Assembly (NCBI RefSeq): GCF_052425735.1
Contig: NC_135762.1
Location: 8,928,001-8,992,000 of the forward strand
Length of the DNA stretch: 64,000 nucleotides
Source: Oculina patagonica
Lineage: Eukaryota
Direction of reading: 5' to 3'
Positions within the stretch are counted from its first letter, which is position 1. Every line of letters begins with the position of its first letter. Below are positions 36,571 through 49,610 of the stretch, piece by piece. The notes beneath the pieces are model-generated. The model saw nothing but the letters and a program-made list of their open reading frames with translations. It did no database searches and had not been told where the DNA came from. Both the position numbers and the translations under genes were made by a program.

Positions 36571-38977
36571 TCACACACTCCACATACTCATTCATATTGT
36601 TTATTTAAACACGATAAGGGTTTTAAGCACAATGCGTGTCACAATGCTTGTGGGGCCGTGTACTGTACAGCGTGTGCTAGAATACCAAACGATCTGAATC
36701 TCGCACATTATTATTGAAAAGCCGTTTGATCTTTCTGCGTTTGTATTTATTATGCAAAACCCAGAAAACAGGCCTTAAATGATATGAAAGCATTATTTAG
36801 TGCCTGCAGCTGTCTCTAATGTTTTTTATACACAAACATGCACAATATATAATAATTTTTGCACGTTTTCTATTTGGTTAAGAAAAGCAAAGTTCGTGAA
36901 AGGTGAATTGTAAGTGGAACGTTTGAAATTGAGAGTGAAAACTAGTAAAATTAAAAGCAATAGGCAGGTGGTAACAGTCAACATTTCAGAGTAATGGATG
37001 CTTTAAGCTAACAATAATTTGCACCTAGCCTCGACAACTTACTTAATATCTTTTAGAAAAAAAGCCAGTGTATAAATTACAGTTGGTTATCTACTTCAAA
37101 TTTACCTCGACTTTCAAATCGAATGACCGAAACTTCTGATTTAGCTTTAGTTTTGGCGTTTTGTGCAGATTCCAAGTTTCTTCAAGCAGTCACGAAAACT
37201 TGTGGGACTGAAATCGTACCACACTAAAAATAATGATAAAATGGATTTTGTCAAAGATTTTTCCAAAGAATGGGAAGATNNNNNNNNNNNNNNNNNNNNN
37301 NNNNNNNNNNNNNNNNNNNNNNNNNNNNNNNNNNNNNNNNNNNNNNNNNNNNNNNNNNNNNNNNNNNNNNNNNNNNNNNNNNNNNNNNNNNNNNNNNNNN
37401 NNNNNNNNNNNNNNNNNNNNNNNNNNNNNNNNNNNNNNNNNNNATGGGTACTGTATGCCTTTGTCAGCCTCAAGGCTACAAGATCAATCCTTTTAAGATT
37501 ATTATTGATCAAATGCAAAACCACAATTTAGTAACATTATCAGTATCGACAGTTCGGCCTTCCTTCTGAAATTATTGTGTTAAGATTTTATTGTGTTAAG
37601 ATTTTATGAGCTCCGTAGAATATTCTTTGAAAAGGTGATAACAATTTGACTTCGGAACTCCCTTCTAATAAGTTTATTTACCACAATACAAGTAGGTAGG
37701 TTTCTACCGTCTCTCTGGCGCGTCTTCCTAAAATAATTGGTGCCTACTGTTGCTTAAACTAAAGTCTCGTCTACTCTACATAGATATCAATTTAATAACA
37801 TATTTGCAAATTGAAAGATTTTTAACAAAAAGCCCTTTTTAATAAAAAGTCATTTAGTTTTTTTTAATAATTTTACTGCAACCAACGAAGAAAAGAAACA
37901 GCTACTCACAATGTTATAACTTACAACAAGTCACATAGATACTCTTCACCAAAAATAAAACAGTTTTGTCGATAATTGTCGTGTGGATATTTTAATTTGG
38001 GAAAATAATTTACAACCTGGTATGTTTTTCCATCGTATCCTTATACTTTGCCTGCCTACTTGCTTGGTTGCCAACTCGTTTACAAATATACATGCAAAGG
38101 CATTTAGTCACACTCAAATGGTATTTTCATGTACTATACTCCATACCCGCGGCCTTTTAAGTCACTAAGATCTAATGAGCACGTTTGGGATGATACGCGC
38201 GAGGAGGCAAAGCTTCGAAAACAATTTGAAGAGTAAAGCGAGCAGGGAGGCGCTCACTGAATCGTTCTCGCGAAGAAGCTGCCTGAGCATGCTAGCTCCC
38301 AAACCTGAGCCAGTTCACATGGTAGGGAAAACTGGCCTGTCAAAACCCTGTTACAGAGAAATGGGCGAAAACAACGCTATGTCGATGAGCGCCGGGGTAA
38401 AAAGAAGGTTTGCATTCGACAATCTGTTTACGGGTTGAGCGAAAAATATTTGTTATACAGGCATGGGATGATAAAGGGGAAAGCCTTTCTGCAGACTTTT
38501 CATCAAAGGTATGCCAAGCTGTTTCGTAGCCATTTTAAAAAAAAATATTTTATGTCAGTTGCACAAAGACAAAGAGTTTTTCACAAGCGGTAGCGTAACT
38601 CCTCATTTCCGTTTTCCAAGTAGATAACTATTCAAAGTGGCTATGAGCCACTAAACTCGGAAAATTTATTATGAAACAAGAATCGAAAACACCAAACTGA
38701 CAAATAGAGATTTGCTAAAACAAATGCTGTTAAACTTTCCACAATTCAGTTCACTTCACTTAGTTTCATTGTCATCTAGCTGCTCATCGAGAGAAGGCCG
38801 AAAGGGCAAGAGATAGAGTTCCCAACGGTTGCAAATTGTTTTCTTTCTTTTTATTTTTCCTTTTTGTTTTTTGAAGGTTAGGCAAAATAATATAATCATT
38901 AGAGAAAGTAAGTTTTGGTCTATTTCAAGAAAACTGACATTAATACAATATTTCGGCTGGTAGGTAAGCATGTAGTA

Positions 38978-39930
38978 CCGTATTTATTCGGCTATAAGCC
39001 GAGACCCTAGTCTTTTAGTTTTTGGAACCAGTTAGACTCTGACAAAAAATAAACCCAAATCACTGGGCTATAAGCCGAGACCCAATTTTTCCTTCAAACT
39101 ATAAAACAATCCACGTGCAGCGAATCAACATTTTCGTTAAATCACAACTATGTAATTGAAAAACAACAAATCACTGATAAAGAATGAATTTATTAACAGA
39201 ACCGTGCACAAGCGTGACAAAACATTCACCTGAGTTCAGAATCCCATCTCAAATCACGCATTCTTCTGCAGTTATCGATCATCATGCCAAAAGCTTCTGG
39301 TTTTCAAACAACGAAACCTTCAAATTAAAAGTTGTTGCCGAGGTAGAAACAGTTCAGAACAACTGCAAAATAGCCAGAGAATACGGGATGATTCCTGATG
39401 ATTTAGGGCCTCTTCATATGATCCCGGTTGACCGGGCTGGCCCAGTTACCGAGATCTCGACTCACTCCTATTTTCTTGTAAAATTTTGGATGTGTTCATA
39501 TGAGAAGGTGGGCCAGCCCGGTTACCGATATCTCGGTTTCTGCAACCGAGATCTCGACAACCGGGAAGAATATTTTCCCATATGAACGCGCCAGCCCGGT
39601 CGCCGGGACGCAACTCTTTTTGAGAAAATAGCTTCCCTTTCGTAATTGGGTGGTCCAAATGGTTTAATTTTGCCTTGTATCTATTTCCACTTCAGAAATA
39701 TGCGAATTTGCTTAATTAATAAAGTTACATGGGTCAATAAAGCTACGATAGTCGCGAAAGATGCAACTTTATGTGTCGCCATTTTGCCTTCGTTTCTTGA
39801 ATTTTATCCCCGTCAACCGGGCTAAAATTTTCCATATGAACAGAGGTCAAAATCCGTCCTGGTAACTGAGACAGCCCGTAAACCGGGCTCATGTGAAGAG
39901 GCCCTCAGTGAATCTTCAGTTCGTCGCAAT
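38978..39930 (+). mobile_element. pogo/Tigger transposon 5' remnant
   Basis: TA-CCGTATTTATTCG terminus; FKLKVVAEVETVQNNCKIAREYG...SESSVRR resembles the N-terminal HTH of pogo-type transposases, split by the Harbinger MITE. Confidence 0.7.
39406..39904. mobile_element. PIF/Harbinger-type MITE
   Basis: TIR GGGCCTCTTCA(T/C)ATGA; flanks TTA / TCA. Confidence 0.85.
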
Positions 39931-42690
39931 TCGCCAGGTTGCTAGCGAAAAAATCAAGCAGATCCAGCGAGTGAACTTTAAATGTCATCAAAACGAAACA
40001 TGTGCTGTTACCAGTATTTGTCGAGAATTCTCAATCCAATCAAACTCTTCTGAAGTGGTGTCTTTTAGCAGAGAAGTCGTGGTATTTTAAGTTTTCGCTT
40101 TTGAACAAAAATATTACATGCAGCCGATTTCTGTCAGATCGTGTTACAATGTTTACCAAGCGCGTGGGAACAACTGCTTCTGATTGGCCAGTTTCTGGTG
40201 TCGCGACAACAAGTCAAATAGATCGCTTCCTTCTTGACCCTTCTTCTCTTGAAAAGTCACGTAAGCAGTGATTCTGCAAATTAACTAAACTTAAAGAAAG
40301 GAACTGAAGGAAAGGAACAGAAACGGACTCAGGCAGAAAACTTCATTCCTAACGTTGCTTCATTAAACCAAATGGATTTTAAGGAGCCGCCACTAAATAA
40401 AAGGTAATGACCAAGAATAAATACAAACGCTTGTTAATTTTCGTTTGTTGATGATAGATGAATATTTCATTCAAATTGAACTCTTTTCTAGTATCATCTA
40501 ATTTTTTTCGGAAATACTCGGCGATAAATCGAACCCCTAATTTTGTTGAGTTTTAACCAGTTCTCAGTAAGATTTCGTCTTTGTGTACTTCATATATGCG
40601 CATGCGTTCAGCACAAAATTCCGTGTGCTTGGGTCTACGCCTGGAAGAATGCATACCACAAGGAGAACATTTGGTTTTCAGAAACAAATATATAGCCTTT
40701 GTGTACTTCATATAAAGTAACACAGATAGGGGTCGCAGTTTAGCCAACCCCCTACCCGCTTCACAAGATTAATTGATTAATTCAATTTGATATTAATTAA
40801 TTAATTCAATTAAAATGTTTACAGGAATCGATGGCAGGAGGGAAGGAGTGAAGGAGGGAAGGAGGGAAGGAGTGAAGGAGGGAAGGAGGGAAGGAGTGAA
40901 ATCGGCCCGCTCACCAAAACTCGGAATTTTCCGATGTAATAAAAATGACGTACAGTCAACTTCGGGTATATTTCGTGTCCTCAATGGTAAGAGCCTGTAA
41001 AATTATGAGTTGTCTTCTGTTACTGTTCTTATCAAATTTGACTGGAACTTCGACGACGAGTGTATGTACGTAATAGCGAGCTATGCACGCACAAAGCAAA
41101 AGGTGACTATTCATGGACTTTTTATTTTTCTTTGGCTTTCATCTTTTTTCCTTAACTGAAGTCTCTTCCTAGGATTTCAATGCACATCTTAAATGTTCTC
41201 ACAGAACACCAACTATAAAGCAAAAACTAAAAGACACCTTGGTTATGACCAGTTGCAAAAGTTACTCGACCACATTTTTCCACGGTCGTTATGTCCGCTA
41301 GCATAGAAGGCAGCAACGAAGGACTTCCACTCCTGTCTGTTCTGTGCCACCTTCTGGATGGTACACCAGTTGTGGTTTAGGGTCCTCCTCGCTCCGCCTA
41401 CTGTCCGGCGTCAGGTGTTCTTCGGTCTGTCTCTCTTTCGCTTGCCTTCTGGTGTCCAGTGTAGGGCTGTGCGGGTGATGTTGCCAGGTTCCCTTCTGAA
41501 CACTTACCCTATCCACCACCAGCTCCTTATCATGATGATGGTGTCCATGCTGTCTTGGTGGCAACAAGCACGCAGTTGACCCGTCCGGCATGCGTGGCCC
41601 TACCAGGAGCTAAGCTCCCGCCCCTTAGCTCTCCGGATCACTGAGGCACGCAAGCCCCTTGACCACAGCAAGATTGTGATCCTCAGGAAGGGGAAAACCC
41701 TCGTTGTCATTTTAAAAAATAAATCAGCCACACTTTTCCCTGGTCTGCATTCTTAAAGACCATGGAAATGACTCCATAAAATGTCCAAAACTATGTTGTA
41801 AAATCAGTCGCTTCTCCCGTAGTTCCACTTGAATTTTGGACATTTTATTACGCCATTTATATGGTCAGTAAGAATGTATACCATAAAAAAATGTAGTCGA
41901 CTTTTTTACAATAATGCTGAAAGTGTTCGTGAGTTTGCGAGTCGCCCGCGCGTGTGGAACTGAAATTAACTATATAAATTAAATACTTTTTTGCAAGATT
42001 CAATTGCTTTATACTTTTTTCAGTCACTTAATTGTCCCACTCTGGGATTCCAGCTTTAGGCTGCCTCACTGGACAATTCTCCAGTACAATAACTATTTAT
42101 GCATCTTGGTTTAAAGATAAGCTTTGGGAATAAAGAGCGTTACACAGAAAAAACATCAACGATCAACTCCGGCCGCAAAGCACTACCAAGCGCAAATAAG
42201 AAACCCATACCTTATATATTGATTCAGGGTACTAAAATGCACGTTACATTAAAGCTTATATATACTAAGAATGAACTGCACTGTCGCTAAAAATGGACTA
42301 GGTAATTAATTATAACCAAAACAACCTGCTTGCCTCAAACTCCCGTCTTCCTTCGGTCTTCCTGTCATTAAAGTTTTCCATGGCTCCCCTTAGTTTTTTT
42401 TGGCAGAAAAACTTGTCTACGGGCTCTTAAAACAAAGTTTTGGTTTTAATGGGTTCCACTTATGGAACAATCCGCCCCAAGAATTGAGAAATGCTGGCTC
42501 TAAAGGAAAGTTTTAATATACGAAACATTAACCACATCTTTGACATATCTCAAATAATGCATGTTTTTTTTGTGTTTTTATGACAGCATAATACATGCGT
42601 TTGCTTCCTTATTTGTTCATCGTTCAACTTACAAAAGAAAGCTTGAAACTGTTGGATTTATATAGCTGCAAAGACTGGAAGGTTTACATT

Positions 42691-43605
42691 TTAATCCTTC
42701 TTACAAAACAATACGTTTCTAAACTCCTTCCGTATTGCTCGATTCATGACTCCATAAATTATAGGATTAATCCACGCTGAGGTAGAACAGAACAACGGAT
42801 AAATCGATTGTGCAGAAGAAGGAATAGATACTTGAAAACCAAATTCTAATATTGCTAAGACGATAAAAGGCATCCAGCAAATAAAAAATCCAACAACAGC
42901 GGCAAAAAGGATTCGAGAGGATTTTATCTCTTGTGAAATAATTATCCCTCGACCGTTTGCTTCTCGTAGAGTTGGGGCGACAGCGATCTTGTGCCGTTTG
43001 ACAACACGATGGATGCTACCATAACAAAATACCACCAGTGACAAGGGAACGATGTAAAAACTTGCAAAGAAGAGATAGGAAATCCTCTCTGAGCGTTCAT
43101 CGGGAAATGTTGCTCTGCAGTATAAGTTTTCAGGAATCCAGCGATAAATAATAGGTGTGGCAAAAATATATATTAGTGTCTGAACAGCCGAAAAAATCCA
43201 TACAGCAAGAATTGAACGAACAGTCTTCTTTTTAGTGAAGAACATTAAGTATTTATGTGGTTTCACAACACAAAAATACCGATTAATCGATGCAAGTGCC
43301 AGAATGCAAACTGACACATGAACCCAGTACTGCACAACAAATCCAGAAAATTGACAAAGTTTGTAATCAAATGGCCATTTTCGCAGCCCAGAAGCGATTA
43401 CTTGAAAAGGGAAACTAAAAGTCGCCATCATTATATCAGCAACTGCCAGAGACAACACGTAGAAAATGGTAATAATACGTAGTCTCCTGTTTCGGTAGAT
43501 AGCGAGGAAAATGAACGAGTTTCCTGCAAGTGACAAAATAGTCGCTTGACTGAGAATAACAGTCTGTACAACGACCTCCGCCAAGCTTCTGGTGTCTTCT
43601 TCCAT
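42691..43605 (-). CDS. Class A GPCR subtype C (C2)
   Basis: Near-identical to C1; intact. Confidence 0.95.
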   Translation of the reverse strand: MEEDTRSLAEVVVQTVILSQATILSLAGNSFIFLAIYRNRRLRIITIFYVLSLAVADIMMATFSFPFQVIASGLRKWPFDYKLCQFSGFVVQYWVHVSVCILALASINRYFCVVKPHKYLMFFTKKKTVRSILAVWIFSAVQTLIYIFATPIIYRWIPENLYCRATFPDERSERISYLFFASFYIVPLSLVVFCYGSIHRVVKRHKIAVAPTLREANGRGIIISQEIKSSRILFAAVVGFFICWMPFIVLAILEFGFQVSIPSSAQSIYPLFCSTSAWINPIIYGVMNRAIRKEFRNVLFCKKD

Positions 43606-44639
43606 TGCTCTCCTGTTTAAAGAAACCTTGGCAAAAAACGAGAGAATTGAATTCAGCTTACTTGGAATTTATTCTGCAAAGTGACTATTTAGTGCGTGCA
43701 GCTAATGTAAACTATTCTACACCTGCCATATACTCGTTGACAGCTAAACTCCGATTAAAAAAGGCATAATGGTTATATTCTCTTTTCTATTTAATCAAAT
43801 GGCAACAAACACTCTTGAGCATTCTTTCTCCCTAATCACGCTGCATTTTAAATAGGTTGTTATGTAAAGGTTAAAAAAAACCTTAAAGGAAGATATTTTA
43901 ACATCAACTTCCTGCTAAGAAACACTCGACAACGTGGGCTCGAATCAAGAATTATAAGCCTATTGTAGGCTAGAAGACAAATTTTCCCTGACTATCATAA
44001 TATTACAGTGATCCTAGTGTAAAAATAATACAGTGATCTTCGTGTTAGTTGAAAAATTTAGAGGGAAATTTTGGTTGCACCGACAATCGTAAAAAATTAG
44101 TAATAGTAAATGAACTGAGTGGAATGCGATACAGGGAGCAATCCGGAGAGGAAGTTGCAATTAGGAGGACGATAGCTATCTAAATTGTAAGATGCGTCTG
44201 ATTATTAATTAGTCGCATGAATAACAAACTTCGCGATTTGAAGTCTGAGATCCTCTCTAAGTGAAAAATCATTGGTATATTCTATCTGTTTTACAAACAG
44301 TAGGGAAACAGCACGCAGTGCACGTAATTAACGGGCAAATAGCGTAGGTGTCCAAAACAGGTATCCAATTACAAATTGTTGTAGTCTGGCAGCTGTAACT
44401 GAACACCTACGTGATCCGCGCCAATTATGCGACAAATCGATGGATGGCGCTGAGAACCAATCAAACCCAAGAATTTTGGTAAAGATACAATTTTATGACC
44501 TGGGCTCCTGACTGATTGGAGTCCAACTCGGTCTGTAATCATACAAGTGACTAACAATCAATCCGATTTATTAATCACGAGACAGGACCAAACTGAAACT
44601 GACGATGTCATTTAGGCGAGCTTTGACTGTACTGATCTT

Positions 44640-45566
44640 CTAATGTTTTTTGCAGAACAGAATGTTTCCAAACTCCTTCCGCATGGCTGTGTTCATAACA
44701 CCATAAATTATCGGATTAATCCACGAAGACACAATAGATAACAGTGGGTAAATCGGCTGTGAAGACAAGGGAATGACAATCTGAAAGCCAAATTCCAAAA
44801 TTAAAATAACTATAAAAGGTGTCCAGCAGACAAAAAACCCAAACGCAGCAGCAAAAAGTACCCGAGATGTCTTTATATCTTGTGCTCTTACTGCTTGCCT
44901 GTTTGTAGCTGCTGCACTTTGGAGAGAAGGAACGACAGCATTGTTGTGTTGCCTGACAGTATAATAGACCATGCTATAACAAAATACCACTATTGACATG
45001 GGAAAGATAGAGAAACATCCAACCAAGGTGTAGAACTCCTTTTCTTTGCTCCTGTTTGGAAACGTTGCTCGACAGTACAAGTTGAATGGATTCCAAACGT
45101 ATACAACTGGCGTTACAAACGTATTTGTTAGGGTCAGGACAATCGCACATAGCCATACGACAAGAATAGACAAAATTGTGTTCATTTTGGTAAAGAACTT
45201 TAAGTATTTCTGTTGTTTTACAACGCAAAAATACCGATTTATCGAAACGAGTGCCAAAATACAAAGAGATACCTGAACCCAGAGCTCAACAACGAAACCA
45301 GTGAATTGGCAAAAGTTGGTGCCAAATGGTCACTCGTGCAGACCAGACGCGATCGCATGAAAAGGAAAACAAAACATTCCCATCATAATATCAGCTACCG
45401 CCAGAGAAAATACGTAGAAACTGGTTATAGTGCGCAGTCTTATATTCCTGTAGAAAGCGAGGCAGACGAACGAGTTTCCTGTGAGTGTTAAAATCATCGT
45501 GGCAACGAGAATAACTGTGTGTAGAATGACCGTCGTCAAGCTTCGCGTATCTTCAGTTTGTTCCAT
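44640..45566 (-). pseudogene. GPCR subtype D (D2) with one premature stop
   Basis: TGG(Trp) to TGA at 45332-45330 in ECL1; the frame is otherwise collinear with D1 (both 927 nt). Confidence 0.85.
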
Positions 45567-47501
45567 TGCTACAAACTTGTTGAAAATTAAAAGAGCGTCT
45601 GCCTTTTCTGTTCAGATCAGTATTGCGGCAATTTTGATAAATTATTCAAAGTCAATTTCCAAAATAAGCTTTTGTCCTCTGTAGAAATGGGCGATTTATG
45701 AAACAGCTAAAAATATCTCTTTTTATACAACGGGTCTGATATATTGTTTGATTAGTAATTTTCGTAACATCCCGGTAAACAATTCAACCAATAAGAACAG
45801 ATCACACAGTCCCGTTGGTTGATAAAATATGAAAAGGCAAGCTGTTCAGAACTCAAGATTAATAATTTAATGCTTTAGTAGGAGTTTTCTCTAAAGATTG
45901 TTACTTTCAAGGAATAGCCAGTAAACACACTAAAACATTTGCTGAAGATACAATCCTGATATGGTATCATAAATTTGAAGTGAATATTAGGAGAAATAAA
46001 TGAGTCTGAGTAAGTAGAAAAAGTCAATAAATAAAAAAACCTTAATATTAAATATGACAGCATGCGGTTAATTAAAGCAAAATCGTCAATGTAAACAAAT
46101 TTTGGCCACTTTCGCTTTTACTTCACTTATTTATTAGATTATGTAAATTTAGGTTACAAAGAGCAGACTTCGTCAACTGCAGGTAGCAGCTATAATTTTG
46201 GAGGGACTTTGAGCTCTGGCAAGATGTGATAAAATTATTTGCACTTTTGCTACAGCTTGACTTGTTGTACATCAATTGGGTACCATCTTGGATTTCTGAC
46301 TTTATCCCCACGGCGTTAGGAAATAGCATAAGTCAATGCAAAATATTGTTCCAAAACAGTAAAGAGGATGTAAAAATGCACTAATTCTGCAAAATTACTA
46401 AAGAAAACGTGAACAGCTAAGAAATATCATTGGAACGAAGAATTAACCCAGAAAATTAAAAAGAGAGTCCAAATGGGGCTCTGGAATCTCATTTTTCAGT
46501 TAAATTTTCGGCGATTCTCGACTATCATTTAAATTTTCAGCCCATTTCGTAGCTATCAGTAAAAATTTTCAAATCTCCAATCTTTTTGCCTACCAAAAAA
46601 CTAAAGAAACGACTACGTAAAATTATTTCGCGTTTCAATTCCTTTCGAGAAGACCATGATAAGAGAATTTTCTCAGCTTCGGTCCGATTACAGACAGCTG
46701 CTCGGTTTTGTTTCCCGTTGCAAAATGCTATTGTCTGGCAGGAATTTACAAAAAAGGTAAAATAGTTTGAACTGATCAAAGTAAAATGGAAATACAGTCG
46801 ACTCTCTCGAAGACGGACACCTTCGGGACCGGCCGCAACTGTCCGTCTTAGAGAGGTGTCCGCCTTGTAGAGAGTCGAAGTAACATGACACCAGTAATTC
46901 TGAGATAATAAAGCTAAACCTTTGCACAATGCGACAAACCTTTGCTAACTACAACAACACAAAAATAATAAAAGGACCGTATTCGCTTGTTAAAGCAAAA
47001 GTTGAGAGCTTCTACAAACTGTAATACTGTAGGTAGAAATCGACCTCTTTAGTGTCCATACACGTAAACAGAGAATTAAGTAATCCGTTAAAGCGTCATT
47101 GTTTTTGGTTAATGAGCTTGGTGTACACGTATCTTTATTAGAGCGCTGACTAACGTTGCTGTAGGTCGATACGAAGTTTAAAAGTATTTTCACTAATAAA
47201 CAAAATAAAAACACTTCTCAAGTGTCCGTTAATGATTTCAAAGTGTCCGTTGTTCGTCTTAGAGAGGTATCCGTCTTATGGGGAGATTGGTTACAGTAAA
47301 ATAAAAACAACAGGGACCATCACCAGGTGTCCGTCTTATAGAGGTGTCCGTTAAGAGAGTTTTAACTATACAGTGAAATCTGGATACTTTTACTCTTGTC
47401 TTGCGTTTCTGACCATACAGTTGTTCATTGGCTCCGGTACAGGGCACATCAGTTTACAACCCCATCATAATATTAGCATGTTCCTTTAGCATCACTTTTT
47501 T

Positions 47502-48437
47502 CTAACCTATTTTACAGAGTAATATGTTCTTAAACTCCTTTCGAATGGCTCGGTTCATTGCACCATAAATCACTGGATTAATCCACGCGGAGGAAGAAGA
47601 AAAGAAAAGGTAAATGGACTCTGTTAAATAGGAAATTTTCACCTGAAAACCAAATTCTAGAATTGAGGAAACAATAAAAGGAATCCAACATATAAAAAAT
47701 CCAAACACGGCGGCAAAAAGTACTCGAGAGGTTTTTTAATTCCTGTGGACTTATCGTTCCTTGGCTGTTTGTTGCTTGTAAAGAAGGGACAACAGCAGCA
47801 TTGTGTCTTCTGACAACACAATAAACCCGGCTATAACCAAATATTACTAGTGACATTGCTGTTAAACTCAAACAAGCAGACGCAAAGTTCAAAATCCTAG
47901 GCCTCTCGGATTGCTCATCAAGAAACTTTGGTAGACAGCATAAACTGTTAGGTTGCCATTGATAGATTACAGGCGTTGCAACATTATAGGCGAGGGAAAA
48001 GAAGAGCGGAAAAATCCAAAGCGAAACAATTGACCTAATTGTTTTCCGATTGGTGAAAAACACAGCGTATCTCTGAGGCTTTACCACGCACAAGTAGCGA
48101 TTGATCGATGTGAGTGCTATAATGGAAAGCGATACCTCAGCCCAGTACAGTACAGTGATAGAAACCCAGTAAATCTGCAATATTTGTTACTAAATGGCCA
48201 CCTACGCAGCCCAGAAGCAACTGTACCAAAAGGAAGCACAAACGTAGCCACCATTATGTCAGACACTGCCAGAGACAACACGAGGAAATTTGTAGTAGTG
48301 CGTAATCTCCTGTTTCGGTAAAAAGCGAGGCAAACGAGCGAGTTTCCTGAGAGTGACAACATTGTTGTTAAAGCAAAAATAACAGTTTGCATGTTGGCCT
48401 GCGAAGAGCGTCCTGTATTTGCCTCTGTCAGTCCCAT
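47502..48437 (-). pseudogene. GPCR subtype E (E2), frameshifted
   Basis: 5-bp tandem duplication (TACAG, about 48146-48155) and +1 T in a homopolymer (about 47732-47737) relative to E1; stop at 48117. Confidence 0.9.
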
Positions 48438-48665
48438 TTCTTTGGAGAAAATCAGTCGATTTTTTTAGATTTTACGTTCCTGCTAGCACACGGATGGACG
48501 AATGAATATTTACAATAAGCAGCTGAATTTTTACAAATTGGTTTTCTGGGAGGTTTTTCTTAAATGTTAATAAGCCATCCCGTCCTAGCCTGTGTCAACA
48601 ATTGTCTTTTTATGAGATAAAATCAGCGTGTTGCGCATACATAAGAATTGACCAAGATAAGCAAT

Positions 48666-49610
48666 TGTTACGAGAGAATTTTCCGTGTTTCAGTCATTTC
48701 TATGTTATCCTTATTTCAGCATTTTAAAACCACTCAAAAACCAACAGTAGTTCCTGTCCAAGTAGGAATTCATCTTTTGTCGTGTGTTTGGAAATTGTAC
48801 ACCTGTACATCTGCAGCTTTTTCATAACCTCAATCAATTTAGTATATAAACATTTCGGTAACTTATTCTTTTGAGTTTTCCGTTCATAATTTAAAGTTCC
48901 TGGTTTTTATTAGTTTCCACGGAAGTTCGCCAGCTGAACTTATTTTCCTTAATGAAGTTATATTGCTTTTCATTCAAGGGTTGCTCTTAGTTAGTTAGCT
49001 GAGCAAACCAATTCCAGAAATCTTAATAAGCTTTTCAGTTTTAATTTCCTATGCTTGCTTTACCTTAATTTAAGTTCGCTATTTCTAATTTCAAAGTTGT
49101 GATTTTTAATCTAAGTTCTCGTTTTTAATATTGTAAACTTCCTACTGTTTATATAAGTTAACTCTTGTAATTTCCTTCGTTTCCGCATTTTATTGAATTG
49201 TATTCAAAGCATTGTTAGTATTGTAAACACCTTATTTGAAGCAACGATATATAAGGAGCTACGTTGTAAAACATTCTTTGATTACATCGACGGTGTGATT
49301 ACATCGACGGTGTGATTAGTACATCGAGGATTACAAAGTTGGTTAGAATAAACTACTGTTGGACCCAAGTCTGTCTCAGCCTTACGTCTGTAGTTCTGAA
49401 GTTCCTTGAAGTAGATCGCCGTGTACCTTTGAAGCTTGTTGACGAGGCTTCGTTTCCGCAGCAAGTGAGTGCTCTACCGAGCTAAGTTTCCCCATATTTC
49501 AGTGGTATTGAGTCATATCTCAGCCAGATTTCAGCGTAGTTACAGCGCACTTCCCGTACAGTCCAAAAGTCGGTTCAAACGCACAAACCAAGAAAAAACC
49601 TATCGTCACA
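48666..49610 (+). mobile_element. Solo LTR (Ty3/Gypsy-like), 945 bp, only in unit copy 2
   Basis: TGTTACGA...TCGTCACA termini, 4-bp TSD CAAT, empty site AAGCAATCATT at about 28227; internal TATATAA (about 49248) and AATAAA (about 49347). Confidence 0.9.

Larger units (their letters stand above)
38628..40938 (-). mobile_element. Helentron-associated (HINE/DINE-1-like) non-autonomous element with nested insertions, only in unit copy 2
   Basis: Absent at the homologous sites (about 20260 and 59866). Sub-terminal inverted repeat TCGGAAAATT (38657) / AATTTTCCGA (40925), perfect hairpin AGTGGCT-atg-AGCCACT (38636-52) near one end, GGAGGGAAGGAGTGAA minisatellite near the other. Confidence 0.7.

Noticed and set aside
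47732-48155. Compensating frameshifts (+5 and +1) restoring E2
   Set aside because: A stop at 48117 lies between them; the +1 in a homopolymer may also be a sequencing error.
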